A stretch of DNA of 64,000 nt from Octopus sinensis (lineage: Eukaryota). Location of the stretch: contig NW_021831835.1 in assembly GCF_006345805.1 (NCBI RefSeq), forward strand, positions 1 to 64,000, in the 5' to 3' direction. The first letter of the stretch is position 1, and every line of letters starts with the position of its first letter. Below the pieces are notes generated by a model. The model searched no databases and was not told the DNA's origin. It worked only from the letters and a program-made list of their open reading frames with translations. Both the position numbers and the translations under genes were made by a program. This document shows, piece by piece, positions 24,562 through 37,584 of this stretch.

Positions 24562-24788
24562 GGCGCTGTTAGCAGTAATGGTAGTGGTGGTATTTTACAG
24601 TGGTGCTGGCAGTGATGCTGGTGATAGTGATGGTGATGATGATGGTGGTAGAGGTGGTGGTGGCGGTGGTGGTGGCGGTGGTGGTGGTGGTGATGGTGAT
24701 GATGGCGGTGGTGGTAGAGGTGGTGGTGGTGGTGGTGGTGTTGGTGGTGATGGTGATGGTGATGGTGATGGTGATGGTGATGGTGAAG

Positions 24789-25012
24789 GTAGTAGAAACG
24801 TTAGCACGTCGGGCGAAATGCTTAGCCGTATTTTGTCTGCCGTTACGTTCTGAGTTCAAATTCCGCCGAGGTCGACTTTGCCTTTCAACCTTTCGGGGGT
24901 CGATAAATTAGTACCAGTTACGCACTGGGGTCGATGTAATCGACTTAATCACTTTGTCTGTCCGTGTTTGTCCTCTCCCTGTTTAGCCCCTTATGGGTAG
25001 TAAAGAAATAGG
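24789..25012 (+). mobile_element. SINE family B copy within (GGT/GAT)n
   Basis: Matches the units at 30030 and 34235; ends at AAAGAAATAGG. Confidence 0.85.
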
Positions 25013-25199
25013 TGGTGATGTGATGATGATGATGATGATGGTGGCGGTGGTGGTGGTAGTCGTGATGGTGATGGTGGCAGTTGTGATGGTAGGGGTGTTG
25101 GCGGTGGTAGTGATGACGGTGTTGGTGGTGGTGGTGGTGGTTTTGATGACGTCGGTGTTGCTTGTATTTAATGTCTAATTATTTTACCTGTTCGTTTTC

Positions 25200-25651
25200 T
25201 CTTTTCACTTCACAAATATTCTCTATGTCTCTGTTTCTCTCTCTCTCTCTTCCACTCTTATTCTCTCTCTGTCTCCCTCTCTTTCATTTATTCTCTCTCT
25301 CTCTCTCTCTGTCCCTTACTGTCTACCTGTGTGTTTGTCTCTTCCTCTTTTTCTCTCTCTCCTATCACCTGATTCACACATGCACGCATACACACATACA
25401 TTCTCTCTATCTATCTCTCATTCTCTCTCTCACTCTCTCTCTCTATCTACCTATCTCTCATTATCTAACTGTCTCTCTCTCTATGTGTTTCTTATATATT
25501 CTCTCTCTCCCTCCCTCTCACTCTCTTATTCTCTGTCTCTCTCGCTCACTGTCTGTTTCTCTATTTGTTGCTGTCTCTCTTTTCCTCTCTCTCTCTCTCT
25601 CTCTCACATGCACACATACACACATACATTTTCTCTATCTCCCATTATTTC

Positions 25652-25710
<59 letters not shown>

Positions 25711-26303
25711 CTCATTCTCTATCTGTCTCTCTCTCACTGCTTCTCTTATTTTCTCTCTCTCTCTTTCTTTCTGTCTCTCTCTCTCCCTCTTTCTCTCCCT
25801 CTTTCTCTCCCTCTTTCTCTCCCTCTCTCTCTCTTTCTCCTCATCTCTTATTCACACACGCTCTTTCTCTCCCTTATTCACACTCTTTCCATCATTCTCT
25901 CTCTCACAATGACAATCATCTCGCAGAATTGTTATAATCGGAAATAATTATCCGCAGTATTTGTTCCGAATCTTTTACGTTCTGAGTTCAAATCACTCCA
26001 AGGTCAACTTTGCCTTTCATCCTTTCGGTGTCGTTAAAATAAAATAGCAAATATTGGAGGTCATTGGTGACAACTACACCTTTCACTCAAAAAGATTCCT
26101 GACCCTTCTACCTGAATCGCAAGCCATTAGAAAACATTATCCATGCTCTTAATCATTCGCGAGCATTTTCTCTCTCTTATTCACACACACACATTATCTA
26201 ACTGTCTCTCTCTCTATGTGTTTCTCATATATTCTCTCTCTCCCTCCCTCTCACTCTCTTATTCTCTGTCTCTCTCGCTCACTGTCTGTTTCTCTATTTG
26301 TTG

Positions 26304-26336
<33 letters not shown>

Positions 26337-26382
26337 ACATGCACGCATACACACATACATTTTCTCTATCTCCCATTCTTTC

Positions 26383-26443
<61 letters not shown>

Positions 26444-26510
26444 TTATCTCTCATTCTCTATCTGTCTCTCTCTCTCACACACACACACGCACACACACAA
26501 ACACACACGA
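25200..26510. repeat. CT-rich low-complexity region with ~280-bp local duplication and a SINE B fragment (25935-26050)
   Basis: 25459-25736 matches 26192-26477 nearly base for base. Confidence 0.85.
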
Positions 26511-26639
26511 TCTTACTCTCTTCTTGCCGTGTGGTCGGTTTAAAGCATTCGTTGTATAATTGGATTTATTGGTCTCAAATTCTTTCACAAGGCCAACAGT
26601 TTTGGTGGAGGTGGTGGTAAGTCGATTACAGCAATTTCA

Positions 26640-26975
26640 GTGCTCAGCTGGTATTTATTATATCGATCCCGAAAGACAAGAAAGGCAAAGTCGACCTCGG
26701 CAGGATTTGAACTCGGAACGCAAAGACGGACGAAAAACCGCCAAGTTGAGTACTGGGGTTGATGTAATCGACTATCCCCCTCCCCCAAATTTCAGGCCTT
26801 GTGCGTATAATAGAAAAGAATCGTTAGCACGTCCGACAAAATCATTCATGATATCTCGTCCGTCCTTACGTTCTGCATTCAAATAATTCCACCGAGGTCG
26901 ACTCAGCCTTCCATCCTTACGGGGGTTGATGAAATTAGTACCAGTTTCATACAAGGGTCAATGTAATCGACGAGT
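26640..26975. mobile_element. cluster of SINE family B fragments on both strands
   Basis: Minus-strand head/core at 26640-26740; plus-strand pieces at 26745-26810 and 26818-26975. Confidence 0.7.
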
Positions 26976-26993
26976 TCCTTCTCACAATATTTC

Positions 26994-27478
26994 AGCTGGT
27001 CCTCTGTGGAACACGTCCCTACTTCTCAACATAGCCACCGTTTCTCTCAATAGCAATGTTCCACCATCGAATGAGAGCATGTATCCCTGCCCCGTAAAAT
27101 TCTGTTGACTGTTCTTTGAGCCACTTCTTCACTACAATTTTCACTTCCTCGTCACTGGAATAATTTAGCTCCTTCAGACTATCATCTCTTCGGCTCCATG
27201 AAAGAGAGTTTGAGAGGCAAACATCATTCCAGTGACGAGGAAGTGAAAACTGTAGTGAAGAATTGGCTCAAAGAACAGTCAACAGAATTTTATGGGGCAG
27301 GGATACATGCTCTCATTCGAAGGTGGAACATTGCTATTGAGAGAAACGATGACTATGTTGCGAAGTAGGGATGTGACCCATAGAGGACCAACTTCATTTT
27401 GATGTATGATACATATTCCTATGTTGGTAATTATACCTGTCCTAAACAAAATGGCATTACTTTTGACTCTCCCTCGTG
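26994..27478 (+). mobile_element. mariner 3' end with TIR and a 168-bp inverted duplication
   Basis: LAPSDYHLFGSMKESLRG...KNWLKEQSTEFYGAGIHALIRRWNIAIERNDDYVAK* followed by TIR-like TTACTTTTGACTCTCCCTCG. 26994-27161 is the reverse complement of 27226-27393. Confidence 0.88.
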
Positions 27479-27829
27479 TCTTGAGAGAAACAAGATACGA
27501 TAGGGTATGATACTAATGGCGTTCTCAGTTATATTCACGATGTAAGCGAATTGAAATTGCTTCGACTGGCTAAGGATTGAAACTACAACTCAACGGTGTC
27601 TTAGCTTGCTGGACGTTTGTATTCCTGCTGTTCCCAATTCAGTAGAACCACATGAAATAGTAATGTGTGATAACTCCCTCCCCTCCAGTTGTTAGTTTAT
27701 GTAGAAACGGCAGCGGTTATAACCCAACGACGAAAGCCTAAACGGAGGTCAGATGTAATTGGGTAATGAATGTCTAATTAACATACACGAAGTTTAATGG
27801 TTGGATGTGAAGAGTCAAGAGAGAGACTG

Positions 27830-28320
27830 ACAGAGTGACGGACAAACAGACAGGGAGACAAGGATACGGACAAACAGACAAAGTGACGGACAAACAGGCA
27901 GAGAGACAGAGAGACGGACAAACAGACAGACAGAGTGACGGACAAACAGACAAAGTAGCGGACAAACAGGCAGAGAAACAGAGAGACGGACAAACAGACA
28001 GACAGAGTGACGGACAAACAGATGGAGGGACAGAGTGGCGGACAAACGGGCGGAGAGGGAGACAGACAAACAGAGTGATAGACAAACAGACGGAGAGACA
28101 GAGAGACGGATAAGCAGACGAAGAGACAGAGAAACGAACAGACAGACAGAGTGACAGACAAACAGACAGAGTGAAGGACAAACAGACAGAGAGACAGGGT
28201 GACGGACGGACAAACAGATAGATAGAGTGACGGACAAATAGAGAAACAGGAGACGGACAAACAGATAGAGGTGGACAAACAGACAGAAAGACAGACAGAC
28301 ACACACACATACACACACAC
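27830..28320. repeat. GACA/GACG-derived minisatellite with ~72-bp higher-order unit
   Basis: The ORF track shows a 24-aa repeat (xDKQAExQRDGQTDRQSDGQTDxx). Confidence 0.8.
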
Positions 28321-28571
28321 GGATCGAGATGCAGACACAGTTTCTAGGTGTGTATTTTGAGGAAAATAAGGACTGAGTAAATTGTCTAGACAGGTGGAAC
28401 GGGTATGTGCAGATGTTCTATTCATTCTTTCAGGAATATCAAATTCTCCAAACCAAAAGTTAATTCCAAAATATTTATAAATGTCCATTTTAGCAGTTCC
28501 AGTCATGTTAACCACTACTCTTCATTTGCCAGGAAATCCTTCCATTTAGTGTCATAAAAGAAACGATAAAC

Positions 28572-28879
28572 GTCGCCCTTTTCAAGCCTAGCCAGGCTCA
28601 TGGGACCAGTTTCCCGGTTTCTGAGGCGCACGTGTTCCCCTCAGCTGGACGGGACACCAGTCCAACGCAGCGTTACTCAAGAAACAGGAAGAGAGAGCGC
28701 GAGAAAGTTGTGGCGAAAGAGTACAACAGGGGTCGCCACCACCCCTTCCCTTGCCGAAGCCTCGTGGCGCTTTTAGGTGTTTTCGCTCAATAAACCCACA
28801 CAACGCCCGGTCTGGATATCGAAACCGCGATTCTCCGACCGCGAGTCCGATGCTCTAACCACTGAGTCATTGCGCTTCA
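28572..28879 (-). mobile_element. SINE family D, tail type 2 (V-domain-like)
   Basis: Same head as 22149; the tail GGACTGGTGTCCCGTCCAG...AGAAACCGGGAAAC resembles the V-SINE central domain (from recall). Confidence 0.8.
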
Positions 28880-29384
28880 TTTAGTGTCATACAAATTGGA
28901 AAAATCAACCTGTTGCGTTGTTTGCTTTATTAACGATATTTCTTTCAATTGTCGGCAACAGAGGTTGTCGTTAATGTTGTTGCTGGTTTTGTTGTCGTCG
29001 TCGCTTTTACTGCTATTAGGGATCTTTTCTTTGCTTTTGGCGCCGTTTTGGTATTTGGTGTTGGAAATTTCCCACTAGGTTTTCTTTTGTTTTTTTTTAT
29101 TAGCTTTTATGGTTTCAACGAAGTTTTTCGACGTAGTTCTCTGTTTGATGCGGTTCTTTAAAAAATTACTTTCTTACAAATATCAACATCGTCTTCTTCT
29201 TCACCAGCACCACCACCACCAGCACCACCATCAACCACCAACATCACAACCATCATCATTATTATCATCATTATGAACCAGATTAACAGGAATATCACTA
29301 CTACTACTGCAACAATAGCGATACAAACAAAAGAGACAACAGCACAACAGCACAACAACTTCAATAATAATAATAATAATAATA

Positions 29385-29444
<60 letters not shown>

Positions 29445-29452
29445 AAATAATG

Positions 29453-29525
<73 letters not shown>

Positions 29526-30029
29526 GTGGTTTTATTGTCGTTAATGATAATTTCTTTGAAGGTGCGCAAGTAAGATGCGGCTTGATTAAGTATTCTAAAA
29601 CGCTCAAACCATTCAGTTATAAATTAAAGTCTGTCTTTGAAGAATTTCTTAGATCATCTCATAAAGCAGTTCAGTCGCAGTTGCAATTTCTGTTTAAAGT
29701 TTTTTTTTAATACATTGTTTGTTTGTTTATTTATTTATGTGTTTGTTTGTTTTTTGTTACTTTGATTTTCATAAAACAAAAGGGAAAAAAAAACAACAAA
29801 ATGAAATATAGAATTTAAAACATTCACGATCCAGATTAGTAATTGTTCTATCCTATAAAAGATCACCTTCTCGGTTCAAGGCACAAATTGATAAATATAC
29901 TATTATGAACCATTACTGTTATAAACCATCTTGATATAAACCGTTTAGTCAATTATAACACACAAATTCTATTTTATTATCATCGTTGTTTATTAGTCGA
30001 TGTCGGTGGGTGAACAGAATAGTTAGAGT

Positions 30030-30440
30030 GCTGGCAGAAACGTTAGCACGCCGGGCGAAATGCTTAGCGGTATTTCGTCTGCCGGTACGTTCTGAGTTCA
30101 AATTCCGCCGAGGTCGACTTTGCCTTTCATCCTTTCGGAGTCGATTAAATAAGTACAAGTTACGCACTGGGGTCGATGTAATCGACTTAATCCGTTTGTC
30201 TGTCCTTGTTTGTCCCCTCTGTGTTTAGCCTCTTGTGAGTAGTAAAGAAATAGGTATTTCGTCTGCCGGTACGTTCTGAGTTCAAATTCCGCCGAGGTCG
30301 ACTTTGCCTTTCATCCTTTCGAAGTCGATAAATTAAGCACTAGTTACGCACTGGGGTCGATATAATCGACTTAATCCGTTTGTCTGTCCTTGTTTGTCTC
30401 TACTATGTTTATAACCCCTTGTAGGCAATAATGAAGTAAG
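30030..30440 (+). mobile_element. SINE family B with 2 tandem 184-bp units
   Basis: GGTATTTCGTC recurs at 30069 and 30253; a single A-box head precedes the first unit. Confidence 0.88.
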
Positions 30441-30515
30441 AATAGCTAGAGCGCTGGAAAAAAATATTCGTGATATTCCTTAAGGATTTTTACATTCTGC
30501 GTTCAAATTATTTTG

Positions 30516-30740
30516 CGGGGCTGGATTAACATTTAAGCAAAATCAGTAAATGCTTAGTTGAATAGGGGGCAGCACAGAGAAGGTAAATAGCTTACGGCAC
30601 AAAAGGAAATCACTTTAAACTTGCTGAAGTAAATTCGTCTTGCCTTATTTGTACCAAGTATAGAAGTTAATGTGTTAAGTAAGATTAATTTTGAGGATCT
30701 GATTAAAGACTTTACGGTTAACAAAAAGTAGATCCTTCTC
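30516..30740 (+). mobile_element. probable hAT transposon fragment
   Basis: GGGGCTGGATTAAC resembles a hAT TIR. LALFVPSIEVNVLSKINFEDLIKDFTVNKK* resembles the hAT C-terminal dimerisation region. No partner TIR found. Confidence 0.45.
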
Positions 30741-32764
30741 TGATTAACTTTATCAAAAATGAAGTGGTTATTAGGTACATCTTGAAAAGGATTGCTTAGA
30801 AGTATTAAAGTTTGACAAATACATTTGGAGAATGCTTTAACTATATTCAGATAGTTAGTTTAGTATTATTATTTAATAGCTGGGCAGCGTCTTCCATAAA
30901 GGTAACATGTTGATGCCCTTACGAATATATTGTTAAATTAAAAAGGACAATATGAGCGCGTTCCTTAACTGCCTTAAAACGGGATTTCAATACCTAAGCA
31001 ATATAATACATTAGTGTTTAAAATTGAACTGCATAACAGGCAATTGTTATTTCTATGTCGACTATTTATGAAGTAATTTCGTTTGTGCAATGAAAAATAA
31101 TGCCAGTATAGCTGTGGAAAGGCTGAAATATGTGGTTTATTTTAGAAAATAGAACAGACAATACTCGTCCCAAAAGCAGCTTCGTCTTACTTAGTGGCCT
31201 TCTTATTTAGGAAAAGTAGGCACTCATTTTAATGCGTCTTATGGAGGTAACTTGCACATATATGTGTAAAGCTTTTCTTTCTCCTTTTCTATTTAGTCTA
31301 AACATTTTCAATGAAGCCGGAGATGTTTTTCTTTTTTGTTTTCTTTCATATGCGAAGCATTCATTTCACGAAATCATTGATCATGAAATAACCACTGTCT
31401 TCAATGTTGACCACTATTACTCTTTCTATTCTCCTACCTTAGATTTAAATATTTATTGTGTAAAATTAAACCCAATTTATTGGAAACGTTTTTGTAATGA
31501 CTCTTAGTATTTCAATTCAAATTAGACTCCTACATTAAGTCTGTTACTAGACTGATAGCTAGTCGGTTATTTCCTTCTACCGCAAAATCAATTCCTAAGA
31601 ACTTAGATTCTTTTATATCTCGACATCTGCCAGATTCCTCTAAAATGGTGTGCTACTCATAGTTTTCACTTATTTCTCCAAAGAACCCATTTTAGAAAAG
31701 CGCAGAATCGAAAGTACTGTCTAGTCGGTGATGAATTTTGGGATATAACATGTTTGGACGATTTTTGCTGCTACTTCAACGCAAAGTGTTCAGATGAGCC
31801 TCTGTTCCCACAAATACGGAATTTCCAGAAGAATTCAGCGTACCAAATTTAGAAAATGCATCTGTGCTTAATGGTATAACATCATTCTTGCAATATAATT
31901 GAACGTAACAGACCAAATTCTCAAATATAAGAACACGAAGGCATCCGTTTAAAAAATGCATCACATATCTGATGTCCGGGTTACGATGCACGTTACACGT
32001 AAAAATCTTTATTCTAGCACATCTTAATTTAATTGTGAAATAAGCACTCACATTTCATTGTTTTCCTGCAGGATGTGGCTTTGATTCTTTTAAAACACAG
32101 CGTTAACAAGTACGTTGCCAACTGTCAACGGTTTCCTTCATTTTAATATTTTATTGGTTCTTTTATTGGCATCTCATTCATTTCTTTTTTATTAGCTCCT
32201 TTATTGTCACCCCACATTCTACATTTTATTTCAGTTAAGTCTTTTATCTGGTCATTTATTACCATCTCATCGTTTTCAATTGAATCTTTTATCCATTATT
32301 ATTGATTTTCTATTTGCCATTTTGTATATGCATGCATATATAATGTACTTTTTTTAATGACAATTATACCACTTTTCCCATTCCCACAACCCTTTGCTTG
32401 CACGTGGCCTTTGGGTCTAGCTTAAAGTGATTACGAATAAAGTGAAAAAAAAATATTGATTTACTGACTTATGTACGACAACATACGTTAGTAGAAAGTA
32501 AAAGACTGTCTTGTGAGTGTGAAAGTTATTATGAATCTTGTTAATGCCTTCTTAAACTGTCCTTTAATCTTCAATAGTTTCCCAACACTTTCTCGACTTG
32601 GGATACGTAGTCAATGGAGGTCAAACGTATGATGAATTGTTAAAGAAAATTACTAGTGTTCGTATATTAGAGAATTAGGTCCATTACGTTCTATCATGCT
32701 GCGGAATAATGCTATACAAGACACTGCAATTGTGTTAATAGCACACATAATACTTTGTTATTTA

Positions 32765-33195
32765 AGGGCAGTGAGCTGGCAGAAACATTAGCACGTCGGG
32801 CGAAATGCTTAGTAGCATTTCGTCTGCCGCTACGTTCTGAGTTCAAATTCTACCCAGGTCGACTTTGCTTTTCATCCTTTCGGAATCGATAAATTAAGTA
32901 CCAGTTACGTACAGGGGTCGACTTCATCCGTAATCGACTTCATCCGTTTGTCTGTCCTTGTTTGTCCCCTCTGTGTGTAGTACCTTGTGGTCAAAAAAGA
33001 AATAAGAAACATTAGCATGCCGGGCGAAATGCTTAGTCGCATTTCGTCTGCCTTTACGTTTTTATTTCAAATTCCACCGAGGTAGACTTTGCCTTTCATT
33101 CTTTCGGGTCGATAAATTAAGTACCAGTTGCGTACTGGGGTCAATCTAATCGAGTGGCCCCCTCCCCCAAAATTCGGGCCTTGTTCCTAGAGTAG
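32765..33195 (+). mobile_element. two tandem SINE family B copies
   Basis: Head at 32770; a second copy restarts at AGAAACATTAGC near 33005 and has a different 3' tail. Confidence 0.85.
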
Positions 33196-33258
33196 GAAAG
33201 AATACTTTGTTATTTAGAAGAGGTTTTCGACTTTCGCTAGATTCTGTCGATTTTGAAT

Positions 33259-33565
33259 GTCTTCTACTATAGCCTCGGGCCGACCAAAGCCTTATGAATG
33301 GATTTGGTAGACGGAAACTGAAAGAAACCCGTCGTATGTATGTATATATATATGTGTGTGTGTGTTTGTGTGTCTGTGTTTGTCGCCCCAACATTGCTTG
33401 ACAACCGATGCTGGTGTGCTTATGTCCCCGTAACTTAGCGGCTCGGCTAAAGAAACCTATAGAATAAGTACTAGGCTTACAAAGAATAAGTCCTGGGGTT
33501 GATTTGCTCGACTAAAGGCGGTGCTCCAGCATGGCCGCATTCAAATGACTGAAACAAGTAAACGA
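33259..33565 (+). mobile_element. SINE family A, 5'-truncated
   Basis: Matches about 300-600 of the first copy. Confidence 0.85.
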
Positions 33566-34234
33566 GAGCATGTACACACACACACACAATTGCAACGTGG
33601 AAGATGTTTGTAAGCCATTTAAGAACACACAAAAACCGTTAGTCTTCACTTTAACATTTAAAAATTTTAAATTGCAACAAAAAGCAAAGCGCAACCACAA
33701 GAACATGAATAGCAATACCAACACCAACAACGACATCAACAACGACGACGATGACGACGACGATGGCAGTGGCAACAACTACAGCAGATAAATCCTTAGC
33801 AGCTGCCTCGAAAGCAAAAATATCAGCAACAACGAAAACAGTAACAGAATCCCCGTTACCACAACAACAACAGAAGCAAGATGACAAGCATCAACATCCC
33901 CACGTCATCACGAGTTATGCCCATCACCGTTCAGCGGACTTAGAAATGCTTTGCAATGGGGACAGTTAAAATGAAAAATGAGAGATGGTTCCCATACGAA
34001 AGAGAGAGAAAATGGTGGTGGTGCTGGGGGGGGGGGAACAACAGAAATCTACAAGACTCGTAACAAAATCAGAAACCATTTTTATAGAATATTATTATTG
34101 ATATAAAATGTATTGAGCGTCATTTTTTCATTTGGTTAGCAACATTATTGATGTGAAATCGTGTATTGAAACAAATTTTGTTGTGTTTTGGGAGAGGCAT
34201 TATGCTCATAATATTAACACACCTTCATGTAGCA

Positions 34235-35015
34235 ACCTGGCAGAAACGTTAGCATGCCGGGTGAAATGGTTAGGGGTATTTCGTCCGCCACTGCGTTCTG
34301 AGTTCAAATTCCGACGAGGTCGACTTTACCTTTCATCCTTTCGGGGTCGATAAATTAAGTACCAGTTACGCACTGCGGTCGATATAATCAACTTAATCCG
34401 TTTGTCTGTCCTTGCTTGTCCCCTCTGTGTTTAGCTCCTTGTGAGTAGTAAAGAAATAGGTATTTCGTCTACCACTACATTCTGAGTTCAAATTCCGCCG
34501 AGGTCGACTTTGCCTTTCATCCTTTCGGGGTCGATTAAATAAATACCAGTTACGCGCACTGGGGTCGATATAATCGACTTAATCCGTTTGTCTGTCCTTG
34601 TTTGTCCCCTCTGTGTTTAGCCCCTTGTGGGTAGTAAAGAAATAGGTATTTCGTCTGCCGCTACGTTCTGAGTTCAAATTCCGCCGAGGTCGACTTTGCC
34701 TTTCATCCTTCCTGGACCGATTAAATAAGTACCAGTTACGCACTGGGGTCGGTACAATCGACTTAATCCGTTTGTCTGTCCTTGTTTGTCCCTTCTATGT
34801 TTAGCCTCTTCTGGGTAGTAAAGAAATAGGCATTTCGTCTCTCTTTACGTCTTGAGTTCAAATTCCGCCGAGGTCGACTTCGCTTTTCATCCCTTCGAGG
34901 TCGATTAAATAAGTACCAATTACGCACTGGGGTCGATGTAATCGACTTAATCCCTTCTTCTGTCTTTGTTTTTCTCTCTATGTATGCCCCACCCCTGTGG
35001 GCAATAAAGAAAGAA
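34235..35015 (+). repeat. SINE-B-derived tandem array, 4 units of 184-186 bp
   Basis: Units start at 34275, 34459, 34645 and 34829. Confidence 0.92.
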
Positions 35016-35411
35016 ATAATAACACGCCTACTGGTTCAATACCACTTTTTTTATTGCCAGTGAATTGGTTAAATATCTAACCAACTATCTAATCGATCAT
35101 TTGTTTTATTGTGCTGGTTAAACAATCAATCGATTGTTTGTCAGTGAAAATTCTTTCGTTGCGGTGCATGGCCTTTTCAGTGACTTAGTGACTTCCCCTT
35201 ATCTCACCAAGGTCTGTGTGATGACTCTCTCAATACATAAAAGCTGTATTGTATTTAGCTACGATTTACTATGCGGTTCATTCATGTCCCACCCCGCCAT
35301 CGACTTTATCCTTCACCGTTCCTGGGTTAATAAAATACCTAATTTCACGTAACCTTGTTCCTATATCAGAAACAATCATCATTAATAAGATTATATATTT
35401 AATTAGTTTCT

Positions 35412-35577
35412 AGGAGTGGCTGTGTGGTAAGTAGCTTGTTTACCAACAACATGGTTCCGAGTTCAGTCCCACTGCGTGGAACCTTGGGCAAGTGTCTTCT
35501 ACTATAGACTCGGGCCGACTAAAGCCTTGTGAATGGATTTGGTAGACGGAAACTGAAAGAAGCCCGTCGTATATATG

Positions 35578-35623
<46 letters not shown>

Positions 35624-35872
35624 GATATATATATGTGTGGTGTGTGTGGTGTGTGTGTGTGTGTGTGCATATATGTTTGTGTGTCCGTGTTTGTTCTCCC
35701 AACATCGCTTGACAACAGATGCTGGTGTGTTTACGTCCCCGTAACTTAGCGGTTCGGCAAAAGAGACCGATAGAATAAGTACCAGGCTTACAAAGAATAA
35801 GTCCTGGGTTCCATTTACTCGACTAAAGGCGGTGCTCCAGCACACAGTTACATGACTGAAACAAATAAAAGA
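35412..35872 (+). mobile_element. SINE family A, full length with expanded internal microsatellite
   Basis: Matches 215-600. Confidence 0.87.
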
Positions 35873-36379
35873 GAGAAAGAAAGAGAGAAAACCTGTTGTC
35901 TAAGTTTTCCTTGGCTATTCATATAGATGACGTGTCTATTTTTTTTACCAGAATATGAAGAAACCGTTAAAGATCCTATCGCTAAAAGTGCTGAACCATA
36001 TAGATTTTTATGTAAGAACATTTTTTAGAACTTGTATTTTCAATTGCGTATGAATCAACTAAAACAATGCGAAGCGCGTTGTGACCAGCGATGTGTAGCA
36101 ACATCTGATAGCCTGGTCGGTCACGGTGATCACAGTGGATGAATCAACTAAAATCTAGAATATTTTAACCAATTACCCCAATTTTTTAACCAATTTCTCC
36201 ACCACATTCACTTATAAGGCATCCTTCGAACCGAGGTTATAGGAGAAACCTATCATTTTTTAACCAATTGTCCCCAAATATATTTATTTACGCCGACGTT
36301 TCCCTCTTGATTCCAAAACAAGAAAACCATAGATAACGGTAACACGGTTTTTATATAATTTTACTTATATCTAATGAGT

Positions 36380-36448
36380 CCTCATTACCCCCGAGAATTT
36401 CATTTTTACCCCCTCTTGGGGTAATTTACCCCGCTTCGCCGACCCCTG
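36380..36448. mobile_element. possible hAT (Charlie/Tip100-like) terminus
   Basis: Ends GCCGACCCCTG (reverse complement CAGGGGTCGGC), followed by GACTAGAT; subterminal TTACCCC/GGGGTAA palindrome. The other end was not found. Confidence 0.4.
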
Positions 36449-36488
36449 GACTAGATACACAGTATATTTTGACCATTAATTATACACA

Positions 36489-36733
36489 GGGAGATGCGTG
36501 GCTGATTGATTAGGGATGTCGGACTCATGATCGTAAGATTGTGATTTCGATTCCTGAACTGGGCGACGCGTAGTGTTCCTATAAAAAAAACACTTCAATT
36601 CACGTTGCTCCTGTCCACTCAACTGGCGAAAGTGAGTAATCCTGTAACGGACCGGCGTCCAGTTCAGGCGGGGAAGATATACGCATGGTAACCTGGAAAA
36701 CAGCCCTATCAGTCTATATGATTCGGGGAGGAA
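36489..36733 (+). mobile_element. tRNA-derived SINE with V-domain-like core
   Basis: Homologous to 40328-40574; GAGTAATCCTG..ACGGAC.GGCGTCC motif. Confidence 0.7.
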
Positions 36734-36744
36734 CAAATATACAC

Positions 36745-36950
36745 AGGAAGCAGTGAGCTGTGAAAATACCTAGTGGCATTTCCTCCAGCTCTTTATACTC
36801 TCAGTTCGAATTCCGCCGGCGTAGATTTCGCCCTTTATATGTTCCGGTATCGGTAAAATAAGCACCAGTTGGACACCGAGGTCAATGTAACCGACTTAAC
36901 CTTCCTGTGAAATTTGCTGGCCTTGCGCCGCCAACATTTGAAGCCATAAT
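36745..36950 (+). mobile_element. diverged SINE family B copy
   Basis: GCAGTGAGCTG head, GTTCGAATTCCGCC B-box, diverged core. Confidence 0.65.
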
Positions 36951-37584
36951 TATACACAGGAATGATATTTTTATTGTTCTCCATATGCTGCATTTATGTC
37001 AGTGTGGTTTGCGTTCCGTAATAATTTAGTAAAGCCATTAATTAAAAGAAATATGTTTAAATTTAAATTACGAAAGCTTTTATATTCTTTTATCGTATTT
37101 AATAATTTTTCCAATAATCTCGTTTTTATGAAAGAAAATTATTTTTAGAAAAATAAAACAAAAACGATAATTAATAAAAACGATAAATTTATTTCATAAA
37201 GAATAAAATTGATTTAAAAATAGAAATTAGTAGAGAAAAATATAAAATGTGATTATTTTTTTTCAGATTTAATGACAGTATTCCAATTTCGTTTTCATTT
37301 TTCAAACGGAAATATTACAATAAGGGTCGACGGAGGCCAAGTTAATAAATATTCATTGCCGCTGATGGCTTAGGATTTCGGATAAAATTTAGTAGAATTA
37401 AGCGATTAAAAGGCTAAAAATGTAGCAGGAATATAGGAATTTAATTATGTGTTAAACTCAACTGTTGTGTTATTTCTTTACTAGATCAGTCCAATGGTCA
37501 TAGCGAAAAGAAAAAAAAAACAGACATGAATATTTGAATGTAAATTTGAATGAAAATTTGAATGTCAAACTGGAATAAAATAAG

